64,000 nucleotides of DNA from assembly GCA_963676395.1 (NCBI GenBank), contig OY781066.1, forward strand, positions 1,536,001 through 1,600,000, given 5' to 3'. Both the position numbers and the translations under genes were made by a program. Positions 1 through 9,460 of the stretch are shown here, piece after piece. Source of the stretch: a bacterium (GTDB lineage: Bacteria > Fidelibacterota > Fidelibacteria > Fidelibacterales > Fidelibacteraceae). The number at the start of each line of letters is the position of its first letter. Position 1 is the first letter of the stretch. Under the pieces are notes generated by a model, which searched no databases, was not told where the DNA came from, and saw only the letters and a list, made by a program, of their open reading frames with translations.

Positions 1-430
1 ATACTTCCGGGGTGTCTACAATAGCGGTATCTCTCTGATTGATCTTTAGCGTACCTAAGATAGTTTTTGTCAACGTGACCATGGCGGTATCATCACTGGT
101 ATATTCAATATCTTTTACTACATTGACCGAATCAATGCTTTGACGAACCATCATACGGACTTTTCTACGATTTCTTCCCTGTCCATTACCATTACCACCC
201 GGACCGGGTGCAGCTTTTGCAAATGATTCGGGAATTTCAATTTCAATTTCTTCTTCAATTGCAGCTTCGATATCTGTGTCAGCAAGGATTTCAGCTTCAA
301 TTAATTCTGCGAGATCAACATTATCAGTTGTTTCACCACCAAAATTCCATTCGCCTCCAAAGTCTCCCAAATTACAGGACGAGAGAGCTAGAAGCGCCAT
401 GACCATCAGGCCAATAGTTAATTTTTTCAT
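1..430 (-). CDS. Putative lipoprotein, partial (runs off the window start)
   Basis: Read by hand on the minus strand from ATG 430: MKKLTIGLMVMALLALSSC-NLGDFGGEWNF..., open to position 1. Has a lipobox LSSC and a purine-rich RBS (GAAAGGGAAAAC). Not in the ORF track because it is truncated. Confidence 0.8.
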   Translation of the reverse strand, partial: MKKLTIGLMVMALLALSSCNLGDFGGEWNFGGETTDNVDLAELIEAEILADTDIEAAIEEEIEIEIPESFAKAAPGPGGNGNGQGRNRRKVRMMVRQSIDSVNVVKDIEYTSDDTAMVTLTKTILGTLKINQRDTAIVDTPEV

Positions 431-469
431 GTTTTCCCTTTCGGTTTTGATTAACTCTTTTTCTCCAAC

Positions 470-500
470 TATAAGACACAGCATAAAGGGAAAAGGTTAA
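470..500 (-). promoter_or_regulatory. ECF-sigma-type promoter for the lipoprotein gene
   Basis: Minus strand reads TAACC-N17-GTCTTATA about 40 nt upstream of ATG 430, matching the general ECF AAC/GTC promoter pattern. Confidence 0.5.
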
Positions 501-649
501 GAGTTATACAAAATATTTTCTATTCGAATATAGCAATAATTGCATAAGGTGACAAAATAATTGTGCTAAGTGCAGTAAAATTAAGTGTTTCTTAATAAAA
601 ACATAAAGAAGTAGAGAGTAAGGAGAAAAGAGTAAGAGTGTGAATTAAT

Positions 650-697
650 GAGATGTCTCCGTTACTCCGCCAACTGGCGGATTCGGTCGAAATGACA
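650..697. repeat. REP-like palindromic element
   Basis: GAGATGTCTCCGTTAC-TCCGCCA-AC-TGGCGGA-TTCGGTCGAAATGACA: a GC-rich perfect hairpin in an AT-rich spacer, with a purine-rich run on the left (608-640) and a pyrimidine-rich run on the right (708-726). Confidence 0.45.
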
Positions 698-751
698 TTA
701 TTTTGGCTTCTCACTTTTACTTTTTTAACGATTCAACCTTGATTTTTACAT

Positions 752-783
752 AAAAAAAGGGCTCAAAATATTGAGCCCCTTCA
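752..783 (-). terminator. Intrinsic terminator after hflC
   Basis: GGGCTCA-aaatat-TGAGCCC hairpin with an A7 tract on the left (U-tract on the minus strand). Confidence 0.85.
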
Positions 784-806
784 TTTATATCATTAATCAA
801 TGTTGA

Positions 807-1751
807 TTAATTTGGCGTTACTTCTTTCAAGTATTTGTAAAAGTCACTATCGGTTGAAAGAATTAAGCTCGTACTGGAATCAAGTGCCTTTTCGTATGTT
901 TCCATGGTTTTCATGAAAGCGTAGAATTCGCGAGATGCGGCATTCCTGTTATAGGCATCATTGTAGATCTTAGCGGCTGTAGCATCGGCTTTACCCATGA
1001 TCTCCTGTGCCGTACGTTTGGCTTCGGACTGGATACGTTTGAGTTCGCGTTGCTTTTCACCTGAAATACGGGATGCTTCACCTTGGCCTTCTGAACGATA
1101 TTTATCGGCAATTCGCTTACGCTCTGTGATCATACGTTCAAAGACGGTCTTTTGAACTTCTTTCACATAGTTGATGCGCTTGATCTTGAAATCCAGGATC
1201 TCAATGCCTAAGTCACCAACGCGACCGGCGGAGGCATGTAGGATTTCATCGGCGATCTTTTCACGACCATTCTTGATATCAACAAGAATACCTATATCCA
1301 TATCCATGGTGGGATCAGCCAGAGGCTTGCGATTTGAAGTTCTAACAACCTCGATCAGATCATGTTTTGCAAAGGTGGTGCGTGTTTCACCGTCAACGAT
1401 ATCATCAATACGGGACATGGCACCGCGTTCGTCACGTAGACGCTTGTAGAACAAAAGCGGATCGGTTATGCGCCATCTGGCATAGGTATCTACCCAGATA
1501 TAACGTTTATCTTTGGTTGTTACCTGGTTTGAGTCACCGCGCCATTCAAGGAAACGCTTGTCAAAAGTATGAACCGTTTCAAAGAAAGGCAGTTTAAGGT
1601 GTAAACCGGGGTTGGTGATAGTACGCACAGGTTTACCGAAACGCGTAACAATGGCCTGTTCTGGTTCATTCATAACGAATAAACCGCTTCCTACAACAAT
1701 GAGTAGCAAGAAGACCACAACAGCAAGAATAATTGATGTACTTCTTTTCAT
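807..1751 (-). CDS. hflC: FtsH protease modulator HflC
   Basis: N-terminal TM, SPFH domain (RFGKPV, PGLHLKLPF, WRITDPLLFY), ERKRIA..RSEG coiled coil and FYAFMKTMETY; directly downstream of hflK. Confidence 0.95.
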   Translation of the reverse strand: MKRSTSIILAVVVFLLLIVVGSGLFVMNEPEQAIVTRFGKPVRTITNPGLHLKLPFFETVHTFDKRFLEWRGDSNQVTTKDKRYIWVDTYARWRITDPLLFYKRLRDERGAMSRIDDIVDGETRTTFAKHDLIEVVRTSNRKPLADPTMDMDIGILVDIKNGREKIADEILHASAGRVGDLGIEILDFKIKRINYVKEVQKTVFERMITERKRIADKYRSEGQGEASRISGEKQRELKRIQSEAKRTAQEIMGKADATAAKIYNDAYNRNAASREFYAFMKTMETYEKALDSSTSLILSTDSDFYKYLKEVTPN

Positions 1752-1761
1752 CTTGGCCTCC

Positions 1762-2715
1762 TTATTTGTTGTCCAGGTTTAGCAACGGTAAAACACCGGA
1801 GCTTTGTTCATCGATAACGAATTTTTTCTCCATCTTAGGTAGAACCTTGCTCATTGTTTCAAGATAGATACGCTGGCGAGTGATCTCTGGAGCTTTTTCG
1901 TATTCTTTTAGCACAGCAACAAAACGGGCAACGTCACCTTTGGCGCCGTTTACACGTTCGGATGCGTAACCTTCGGCATTTTGGATTGTCTGCTGAGCCT
2001 GACCTTTTGCTTTCGGGATAACCTTATTGTATTCCGAACGGGCCTGATTGATCAGCTTTTCTTTATCCTGCTGTGCCTGGTTTACTTCGTTGAACGATGC
2101 TTTCACCGCATCGGGTGGGTTCACATTCTGAAGAACGACTTGTTTAATACGAATACCGTTCTCGTACTGTTCACACAGTTCTTGTAAACCGGCTTCGACT
2201 TCTTGAGTGATCTCTTGTCGCCCAACCGTGAGTACTTCATTCAAAGTACGGTCACCAACCACTTTGCGCATGGTTGCTTCGCTCATATCACGTAATGTTG
2301 CTGTGGAATTACGTACTTTGAAAAGAAATTTGTATGGATCCTCAATACGAAATTGAATAATCCATTCAACTACGACCACATTAAGGTCGCCGGTGAGCAT
2401 CACCGATTCTGAGTTATAGTTTCTTGAGTACTGTGAAGTGACTCCGGCTTTTAATGTACGAAAACCGAATTCTTCTTTTAGCTGCCTTTCTACGGCAACC
2501 TGGTAGACCTTATCGATCACGGGGATTTTCAGGTGAAGTCCCGGTTCGGTGGTCTTGGTGTATTTGCCAAAGCGCAAAATAACACCAACATTTTCTGCCT
2601 GCACAACGTAAAAACCGCTCAAGATTCCAATCAAAACGATCAGAACGATCACGATATTGACAATGCGCTTAGCGTTGAGTGTCACACTGCGTCTGACATC
2701 ATCAGCATTTGCCAT
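1762..2715 (-). CDS. hflK: FtsH protease modulator HflK
   Basis: SPFH domain with MLTGDLNVV, VNPPDAVKASFNEV and APEITRQRIYLETM motifs; paired with hflC. Confidence 0.95.
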   Translation of the reverse strand: MANADDVRRSVTLNAKRIVNIVIVLIVLIGILSGFYVVQAENVGVILRFGKYTKTTEPGLHLKIPVIDKVYQVAVERQLKEEFGFRTLKAGVTSQYSRNYNSESVMLTGDLNVVVVEWIIQFRIEDPYKFLFKVRNSTATLRDMSEATMRKVVGDRTLNEVLTVGRQEITQEVEAGLQELCEQYENGIRIKQVVLQNVNPPDAVKASFNEVNQAQQDKEKLINQARSEYNKVIPKAKGQAQQTIQNAEGYASERVNGAKGDVARFVAVLKEYEKAPEITRQRIYLETMSKVLPKMEKKFVIDEQSSGVLPLLNLDNK

Positions 2716-2827
2716 GATTTCCTCCGTTAATTTCCTGTTTGGCTGAATGTAAAAAATTATTTATCAATTTGATAATAATTTCGTAATTTTCCATGCAGTA
2801 AACAATCCTAATCTCTAAGGAGTTCCC

Positions 2828-5800
2828 GTGAATCCGCTTAAAACAGCTCTCGACTGTCAACGCTCCGTGTTTATCCAAGCCTGTGCAGGTGCAGGAAAGA
2901 CCTTTGCTCTTACCAAGCGATATGCCAATATTCTCGATTCTTTTTCTCAAGAATGCTTAAACGGCAAGAAAACCGGGTTATTGGGACCTAAAAATATTCT
3001 TGTGATCACATTTACCAAGAAAGCTGCGGGTGAAATGAAAGAGCGTATTCTTAGGGATGTGAATATACTGTTGTCCGGACATGAATTGAAAGACATGAAA
3101 GATCAGGGTTTTGATTTTTGTCCCAATCTCAGGAAAACGGACAATGAGGCTCTGGATAAATATAAAAAAGATCTGCAGGAGAATTTTTCGCAAAATGCCA
3201 TATCCACCATTGATTCCTTTTGCGCAGGTGTTCTGAGAGAGTTTGCCTATAAATTGGGGATTGATCCACAGTTTCTTTCTCAGGATGATCATGACACCAA
3301 AAAACTTTTAAATGAAAATCTGGAAATTTGGATCGCTCAAAAACTTAAAGATGCTCCCGATAGCTTTGATATCTTACTTGAGGATCTGGCTTTTTATCAA
3401 ATCAAGGATATCTTAAAAGGTATGATTGCTTCCAGGGAGATACTGGATGAGTATCTGGAAGATTTTGAAACAAAAAATGAAGATCAAATTTGGCAAGATT
3501 GGTTAAGACGATATACTTCTGATGTAGATACAATGACAATGGAGGTTAGGCTTCGAAGTTTATGGAATGAAGCTCAGGATAAATGTAAAGACAAGGGAGA
3601 TAATTTATATCAATTACTTGAGAAATTGGTAAATAGGACAGAACAACTAAAAGTTTATATAGACCCCAACGAGTATAAAAGCGCATTTATCAGTGAAGTG
3701 TTGAATAGAAAAGGTGATCTTTTAACCTTAAAGAATGGTAAGCTAGTATACAAAGTGAGTATGCCGGGAACTGCTAAAAACTGGAATGACAATTTTAAAA
3801 AAGATGCGCAAGAATGGTTTGATCATGTTAAAGACACGATCATTATTGATGATGTTTTAGGGACCCCAAGCCCTCAGGACAAAAAGATCATTCCGATTCT
3901 TAAAGATATTATTGCCAAATTCAGGGAGTTCGACGACTTTTTTAGAAACATTCGATTGGATCGTGATCTGCTTGATTTTTCGGATGTGATCATTTTAACT
4001 CATAAACTTTTAAGTGAACATGCGGATGTCCGTAGCATTCTTGCTAAACGTTATCAGCACATTCTTTTGGATGAGTTCCAAGATACCAATCCCTTGCGTT
4101 GGCAGATCATTGAAATGATCGTAAATGAGAATCCCAATATTAAATTATTTGTTGTGGGTGATCGCAAGCAATCGATTTACCGTTTTAATAATGCCGATGT
4201 TACCGTGATGGACACTGCCGAAAAAATGGTGGTTGAAAAATTGAAGGGCTTAAAGGTTGAGTTTAATGATAACTACCGTTCCTCTGAACAATTTATCAAT
4301 GAAGCGGTGAATCCTTTAATGAGTATGATCCTCAAATCCGTAGGAGAAGATAAAGAAGCCTACGAGGCTGATTTTGCCGCTACCGTTTCACCGATAAACA
4401 AACAAGGTATTTCACCTGCTCTTGAGACGATCTGGTGTCAAACAGGTAAAGACGAAGAGGAATATATTCCCGCTCACCACTGTGCTTATCAGGTCGAGCG
4501 CTTATTAAAAAAACATAAGAATAGTGAGATAGATCCCGGTGATGACAAACCGCTTGTTGCGGTGCTTTTACGTCGATATACCAAACTATCCGACTACATC
4601 CAGGCTTTTGGTAAACGCGGCATTCCCGTATCTATTCTAGGTGGAAAGGATTTTTATAAATCACCTGCTTTGAAGGATATTTTTCATTTAATATCTGTTT
4701 TGGATAATCCTTGGGATGATTTGGCGCTGATTGGACTTTTACGCTCTCCGTTTTTTAGTCTACCGGATCCCATTATTCATAAATTAGCCGGAAGAAAGCA
4801 TAATGTTTTTGATGCCATGGGTACTATCTCTGAACTGCAATCGGCATATCGTGAGATATTAACATGGAGAGAACAGAGTCAAACATTGGCTTTGGATACA
4901 TTGATCGCGAAGATCCTGGATGACAAAGATCGAGAACTTGGCTATGTTTCCGAACTGTTACCCGAGCAACAACTGGCGAATTTGGATAAAACCATCAATA
5001 TTATTCGTGGACTACAGCGAAGCGGCTCCACATTAAGAGAGATCAGGGAGTTTTTACATTACCAGATATTTACGGATGCCGATGAAGCGCAGGCCGCATA
5101 CCCCGCTAAAGCACGCGTGCATATTTTAACCGTGCATAAGGCTAAAGGACTGGAATATCCTATTGTACTTATTCCTGAGATGAATCAAAAGGGAAGAGGT
5201 GAGACCAATACATTACGTTATGGTCGTTATGAGGGTAATCACGAGATATCGCTGTCTTTGGGTGATGACGAAAAGCCCGGTCTCCTTATGCGTTTGAAAG
5301 ATATTATCAAGAAAGAAGAAGAGGCCGAGGATAAACGACTTTTTTATGTGGCAGTGACACGCGCCATTTATAAAGCGGTTTTGTTGGGTGAAGGAGAAAA
5401 AGCGACCAGGAATACTTGGTGGGCCAAATACGTTTTAGGAGTTGAGCAAGCCGATAAGGTTGATGAAACGTTGATGGAGACAGATTCTTGGGATGAAAAT
5501 ATTACTCAAGTTAGAAAAGAACAGGTTCTGAATATTTTAAATGTAGATACTCCGGGAAACTTGGATTGGAAAGAAAAAGAACAATTTGAAGAGCCCGGAA
5601 AATATCTTTATCGTTCTCCACATGACTTGATGGGGCAAAAAGAGGATTTTGATTTTTTCAAGATAAAAGGCGGACTTGGAACCGTACCGGGGAAGATATT
5701 TCACTATTGTATGGAGCAATTGTGGCTGGATGGAAAAGTAAATGCTCAAGAGATTACGCAGTATATAAAAAGTGAATATCCGGAATTTCCACATAAAGAC

Positions 5801-8617
5801 TTACTTGCTAAAGTCCAGCCTTGGTTAGACAATATTATGGCGAGTGAACTTAGTAATGTTATACTTGATCCTACCATCGAAAAGTATCCCGAGCTCAAGA
5901 TCAAGGGCTGGTTGGGTAATGATAAAGACATTGTTCAGATCAATGGTGTGATCGATCTTTTGTATAAAAAAGGTAACGAGTGGGTTATTTTGGATTATAA
6001 GACCGATGCCGACAGTAAGCGACTTCGGGATTATAAAAAACAGCTGCAAACTTACCAATGGATGGTTAAACAAGCGTATAGCATTGAAGCCAAAGCAAAG
6101 ATCTACTTTGTTGCAAAAAATGAACTTGTTGATGTTGCATGGGATGATAATTATTTTGATAATCTGTCCTTAGGTTTAGAACTGTCAGCTCAATTGCCGC
6201 CCGCTAAAGCTATTCTTGGGAAAATTCAAAACGAGATTAAAGACGGTCCCCAATTAATGCTCTGTGCCTCGGGACAGCACGAAGAGCAGGTATATTTGGG
6301 ACTTGTGAAAACGGGGTTAATGCGACCGGATATCAAAGTAAGTACACTGAATAAATTTCTGCATGAAGACGCTGAAAACGGGATGTCGCAAGATCATTTA
6401 CGACTGATGATCCGTCATGAAAATCCTGGCATGAAGGACGGTACGGCCGACCACTTGGCTAAGGCATTGCGCAACGAAGAACTGGCAAAGGGAAGTATAA
6501 AACAAGAATTTAGAAAGCTGTATCATGATATCACACAGCAATCGGATTACCGTCCGGCAGATCTGGTTTATCGACAGGCAAGCGCAAAGGGACAGCGCAT
6601 TATGTTACTGGATATACATGCGCAGACTGAAATAGAAGAAGCGCTGATCGCCCGACTGAAAAACGAGGCGGATCTTGTAGAAATAAGCTTGATCGAAGAA
6701 AAAGAGGCTGAACAAAATATACTTATTGAAGCATTTTCGCCAAGGGAAGAAGTCATGGCATGTGCACAGCATATCAATGAACATTGTGCTCCGGACGAGC
6801 AAGTAATGATCGCTGTGGCATCTATGGAAAAATATGCACCTCACTTGCAAAGGCAGTTACCACAGTTTGGTTTGCAAGCTCGTTTTATCGGTGATCGTTC
6901 GATGTTTGAACTACCATGCACCACCCTGTTGATGAATTATCTTGAGCTGTTTAGGAAACCGCTTCCCGAATGGGCGGATCTTGCATCGGTGTTGTTACAT
7001 CCACTAATGAAACCGGGATTATCTTTATGGTTGTATGACCAAAAAACCAGAAGAGAACCTTTGAACGAGCCGGCATTGCCTTATGAAGCTGTAGAATTAT
7101 GCGAAAAGGGCAAAGCTAAGGATTTTGATGAGCTGATCGAAAAAGTTGGAAAATTTATAAAAGAGATCAAAGACTCAAATGATCCGGACCAGAGTAAAGC
7201 CTGTGATAAATTTATGGAGCTATTGGAAACGGTACTTGCTGATGTACGCAGAGTCAATTCAAAAGCCGGCATAAATGATTTAATACACGAAATGAATCTA
7301 CGGATCAAAAAGATAGGTTTACCCCGTCGCGATCAATGGAACGGGATTCCGGTCGTGGGCTTGTTGGACAGTTTAGGCACTCGCGTAGATAAACTTTATA
7401 TTCTCGGCATGGTAGAGGGAGATATTCCTCGACAGGAAGGCGAGAATCCATTTTTTATACAGAACAAAAATTACACCCTGGAACTGAATCGGTATTTCAT
7501 GAAAGAATGGAAGAAACTGGGCGATTCGGTGATCTTTTGCACCTCTACGCACGCCGAAGACGGCAGCGAGCAGGCGCGTTCCTCTTTTCTTGAAGGAATG
7601 AATTTACAAACGATCACCTTGGCACCCATGGGGCGCAGAACACAACTTCTTGCCTATGCGAGAAAGCACATCGCCGGACAGCAAGCTGAGATGATCGCTC
7701 GGCACCATGAAATACTGGAAAAACGAAAAGCGGAATTTTCGGGTGATATTGCGAAAATTGAGCATGCATTTGATATCAGCGTTACCCAAGTAGATACTTT
7801 GCTGAAATGCCCGATGAGATTTTATTTTGAGACCGTATTGAAATGCAAAGAATTAGATCAGGATGAGAAATTATATTGGGGCAGTAAAAAGGGTAATGTC
7901 ATCCATAACAGTTATGAAGCTTTTATAAAAGCGAAAGGTTATGAGTTAGATGAAGATGCCGCACTTGAGTTAATGCGCAAGTGTTTGGATGATGCTTTAG
8001 ATAAAGAAGGCATTGATAAAGATGATCCACAGCAGATGGACCGCTTTCGATATTATATCAAGGATCTGCATACCGGATCGGATAATAATTGTCTGGCAAA
8101 AAATCTCAAAACCATCAGAGAAAAATATTCAACATACACTCAATTTGAATATGAAAAGGATTTTAAAAATATCAAACTTGAGCATCCCGATCTAGATATC
8201 GCTTTGCGTGGTCGTATTGATAAGATCATGTTGAGCAACGAAGATAAACAATTAATAGCGTCTGATTTTAAAACGGGTACCATAAAGCCGGCGCTGTTAT
8301 CTAAATGGATGTTATCACAGCTCTATCTTTATCTGAAATATTGCGCTCAGGAATACCCCGACTATGAATTGAAAGCCATGTATGAGTTACTTAAAGCACC
8401 CAAGGATACAAAAATGTTGGAATACACCTTAAGTGAGACAGAGTTCAGACAGGGAAGGCAAAGTTTTATCATCCAAGAATTCGAGGAACATCTGTCCGCT
8501 TTATTTTCTCAGATAGGCGCAGGAAAATATTATATTACAGAGAAACCTTTTAAGGATGCCTGTGAGTATTGTGGATATGAAGGGCTTTGCAGGAAGAATA
8601 CTAGATTGAAAGTCTAA
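2828..8617 (+). CDS. addA: AddA-AddB fusion helicase-nuclease (SF1A UvrD helicase + RecB-type nuclease + AddB-like scaffold + Fe-S PD-(D/E)xK nuclease)
   Basis: Helicase motifs: ACAGAGKT (Walker A), ITFTKKAAGEM, LDEFQD, VGDRKQSIYRF, NYRS, TVHKAKGLE, RLFYVAVTRA. Nuclease 1: GVIDLL..ILDYKT..QLQTY. AddB-like part: SPREEV, LYILGMVEGDIP. Nuclease 2: KCPMRFY..GRIDKI..SDFKTG..QLYLY..CEYCGYEGLC. Confidence 0.88.
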   Translation: MNPLKTALDCQRSVFIQACAGAGKTFALTKRYANILDSFSQECLNGKKTGLLGPKNILVITFTKKAAGEMKERILRDVNILLSGHELKDMKDQGFDFCPNLRKTDNEALDKYKKDLQENFSQNAISTIDSFCAGVLREFAYKLGIDPQFLSQDDHDTKKLLNENLEIWIAQKLKDAPDSFDILLEDLAFYQIKDILKGMIASREILDEYLEDFETKNEDQIWQDWLRRYTSDVDTMTMEVRLRSLWNEAQDKCKDKGDNLYQLLEKLVNRTEQLKVYIDPNEYKSAFISEVLNRKGDLLTLKNGKLVYKVSMPGTAKNWNDNFKKDAQEWFDHVKDTIIIDDVLGTPSPQDKKIIPILKDIIAKFREFDDFFRNIRLDRDLLDFSDVIILTHKLLSEHADVRSILAKRYQHILLDEFQDTNPLRWQIIEMIVNENPNIKLFVVGDRKQSIYRFNNADVTVMDTAEKMVVEKLKGLKVEFNDNYRSSEQFINEAVNPLMSMILKSVGEDKEAYEADFAATVSPINKQGISPALETIWCQTGKDEEEYIPAHHCAYQVERLLKKHKNSEIDPGDDKPLVAVLLRRYTKLSDYIQAFGKRGIPVSILGGKDFYKSPALKDIFHLISVLDNPWDDLALIGLLRSPFFSLPDPIIHKLAGRKHNVFDAMGTISELQSAYREILTWREQSQTLALDTLIAKILDDKDRELGYVSELLPEQQLANLDKTINIIRGLQRSGSTLREIREFLHYQIFTDADEAQAAYPAKARVHILTVHKAKGLEYPIVLIPEMNQKGRGETNTLRYGRYEGNHEISLSLGDDEKPGLLMRLKDIIKKEEEAEDKRLFYVAVTRAIYKAVLLGEGEKATRNTWWAKYVLGVEQADKVDETLMETDSWDENITQVRKEQVLNILNVDTPGNLDWKEKEQFEEPGKYLYRSPHDLMGQKEDFDFFKIKGGLGTVPGKIFHYCMEQLWLDGKVNAQEITQYIKSEYPEFPHKDLLAKVQPWLDNIMASELSNVILDPTIEKYPELKIKGWLGNDKDIVQINGVIDLLYKKGNEWVILDYKTDADSKRLRDYKKQLQTYQWMVKQAYSIEAKAKIYFVAKNELVDVAWDDNYFDNLSLGLELSAQLPPAKAILGKIQNEIKDGPQLMLCASGQHEEQVYLGLVKTGLMRPDIKVSTLNKFLHEDAENGMSQDHLRLMIRHENPGMKDGTADHLAKALRNEELAKGSIKQEFRKLYHDITQQSDYRPADLVYRQASAKGQRIMLLDIHAQTEIEEALIARLKNEADLVEISLIEEKEAEQNILIEAFSPREEVMACAQHINEHCAPDEQVMIAVASMEKYAPHLQRQLPQFGLQARFIGDRSMFELPCTTLLMNYLELFRKPLPEWADLASVLLHPLMKPGLSLWLYDQKTRREPLNEPALPYEAVELCEKGKAKDFDELIEKVGKFIKEIKDSNDPDQSKACDKFMELLETVLADVRRVNSKAGINDLIHEMNLRIKKIGLPRRDQWNGIPVVGLLDSLGTRVDKLYILGMVEGDIPRQEGENPFFIQNKNYTLELNRYFMKEWKKLGDSVIFCTSTHAEDGSEQARSSFLEGMNLQTITLAPMGRRTQLLAYARKHIAGQQAEMIARHHEILEKRKAEFSGDIAKIEHAFDISVTQVDTLLKCPMRFYFETVLKCKELDQDEKLYWGSKKGNVIHNSYEAFIKAKGYELDEDAALELMRKCLDDALDKEGIDKDDPQQMDRFRYYIKDLHTGSDNNCLAKNLKTIREKYSTYTQFEYEKDFKNIKLEHPDLDIALRGRIDKIMLSNEDKQLIASDFKTGTIKPALLSKWMLSQLYLYLKYCAQEYPDYELKAMYELLKAPKDTKMLEYTLSETEFRQGRQSFIIQEFEEHLSALFSQIGAGKYYITEKPFKDACEYCGYEGLCRKNTRLKV

Positions 8618-8705
8618 AAATACTGTTAATCAAAAGTATCGAATGGTTGTGCTCACACATTGCAAGAATTAACCAAATGATTAAGATATAACCTTGGAGA
8701 TATAC

Positions 8706-9032
8706 ATGAACGAATTTTTATTAAACGAACTCAAACGAGCTAGAGAAGAAGGCAAGCTAAAGGAAGTCACGATTGATAATATCAAAAAATGGGTACGCCG
8801 TACCCGTTTAAAACAATTGGTATTTATCTTTTTCGAATCTGTTATTCTTTTGGGATTTGGTATCGGTAATTTAACGAATAATCCTGTGAAATCATTTTCT
8901 TTCGCATTGGGTGTTCTTTGTCTGGTGATCTGGCCTTTTCTTGCCATCAATATTCATAGGTATTTGAGGAGGTTGGAATACAAAGAAGAGGATTTAGAAG
9001 AAATAGTAAGACGGTTAACAGAGGAGAGTTAA
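8706..9032 (+). CDS. Hypothetical two-TM membrane protein
   Basis: GGAG RBS before ATG 8706; two hydrophobic helices; no family recognised. Confidence 0.65.
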   Translation: MNEFLLNELKRAREEGKLKEVTIDNIKKWVRRTRLKQLVFIFFESVILLGFGIGNLTNNPVKSFSFALGVLCLVIWPFLAINIHRYLRRLEYKEEDLEEIVRRLTEES

Positions 9033-9068
9033 CAGTTTACAACGAAAATCTAATATTGTGGGGACGCA

Positions 9069-9403
9069 GATGAGAAAAAGCCTCATCTTTTTTTACAAAG
9101 AATTATCAAATGCTCATCTTTCTTGAAAAAGAGTACAAGGAATATGAAATAGCAAAACAATTATTGAAGTCCGGTACCGGTATTGGAGCAAATGTCACGG
9201 AAGGTGAGTATGCCCAAAGCCCAAAAAACTCTCTCTCTAAAATGAATATTGCTTTAAAAGAGGCAGCAGAAACGGAATTTTGGATCAAACAGTTAAGAGA
9301 TTCTAATTGGTATGGCGACCATTGGGAATCACTATTGAAGGACTGCATTGAGATAAGAAAAATTCTTATCTCAATTGTTAAAACCACCAGAAATAATCTA
9401 TAA
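9069..9403 (+). pseudogene. Four-helix-bundle protein (23S rRNA IVS / S23 family), probably frameshifted near the 5' end
   Basis: Family motif KQLLKSGTGIGANVTEG..AQS..SKMNIALKEAAETEFW is in ORF 9110-9403. The expected N-terminal helix (..LFLQRIIK) lies in a different frame and joins at about 9108 only if one A is added. Confidence 0.7.
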
Positions 9404-9460
9404 TACTTGACTTAAAGTATTATCTCATGAAACTTGTACGTTGTTAACTATACGTTGAGC

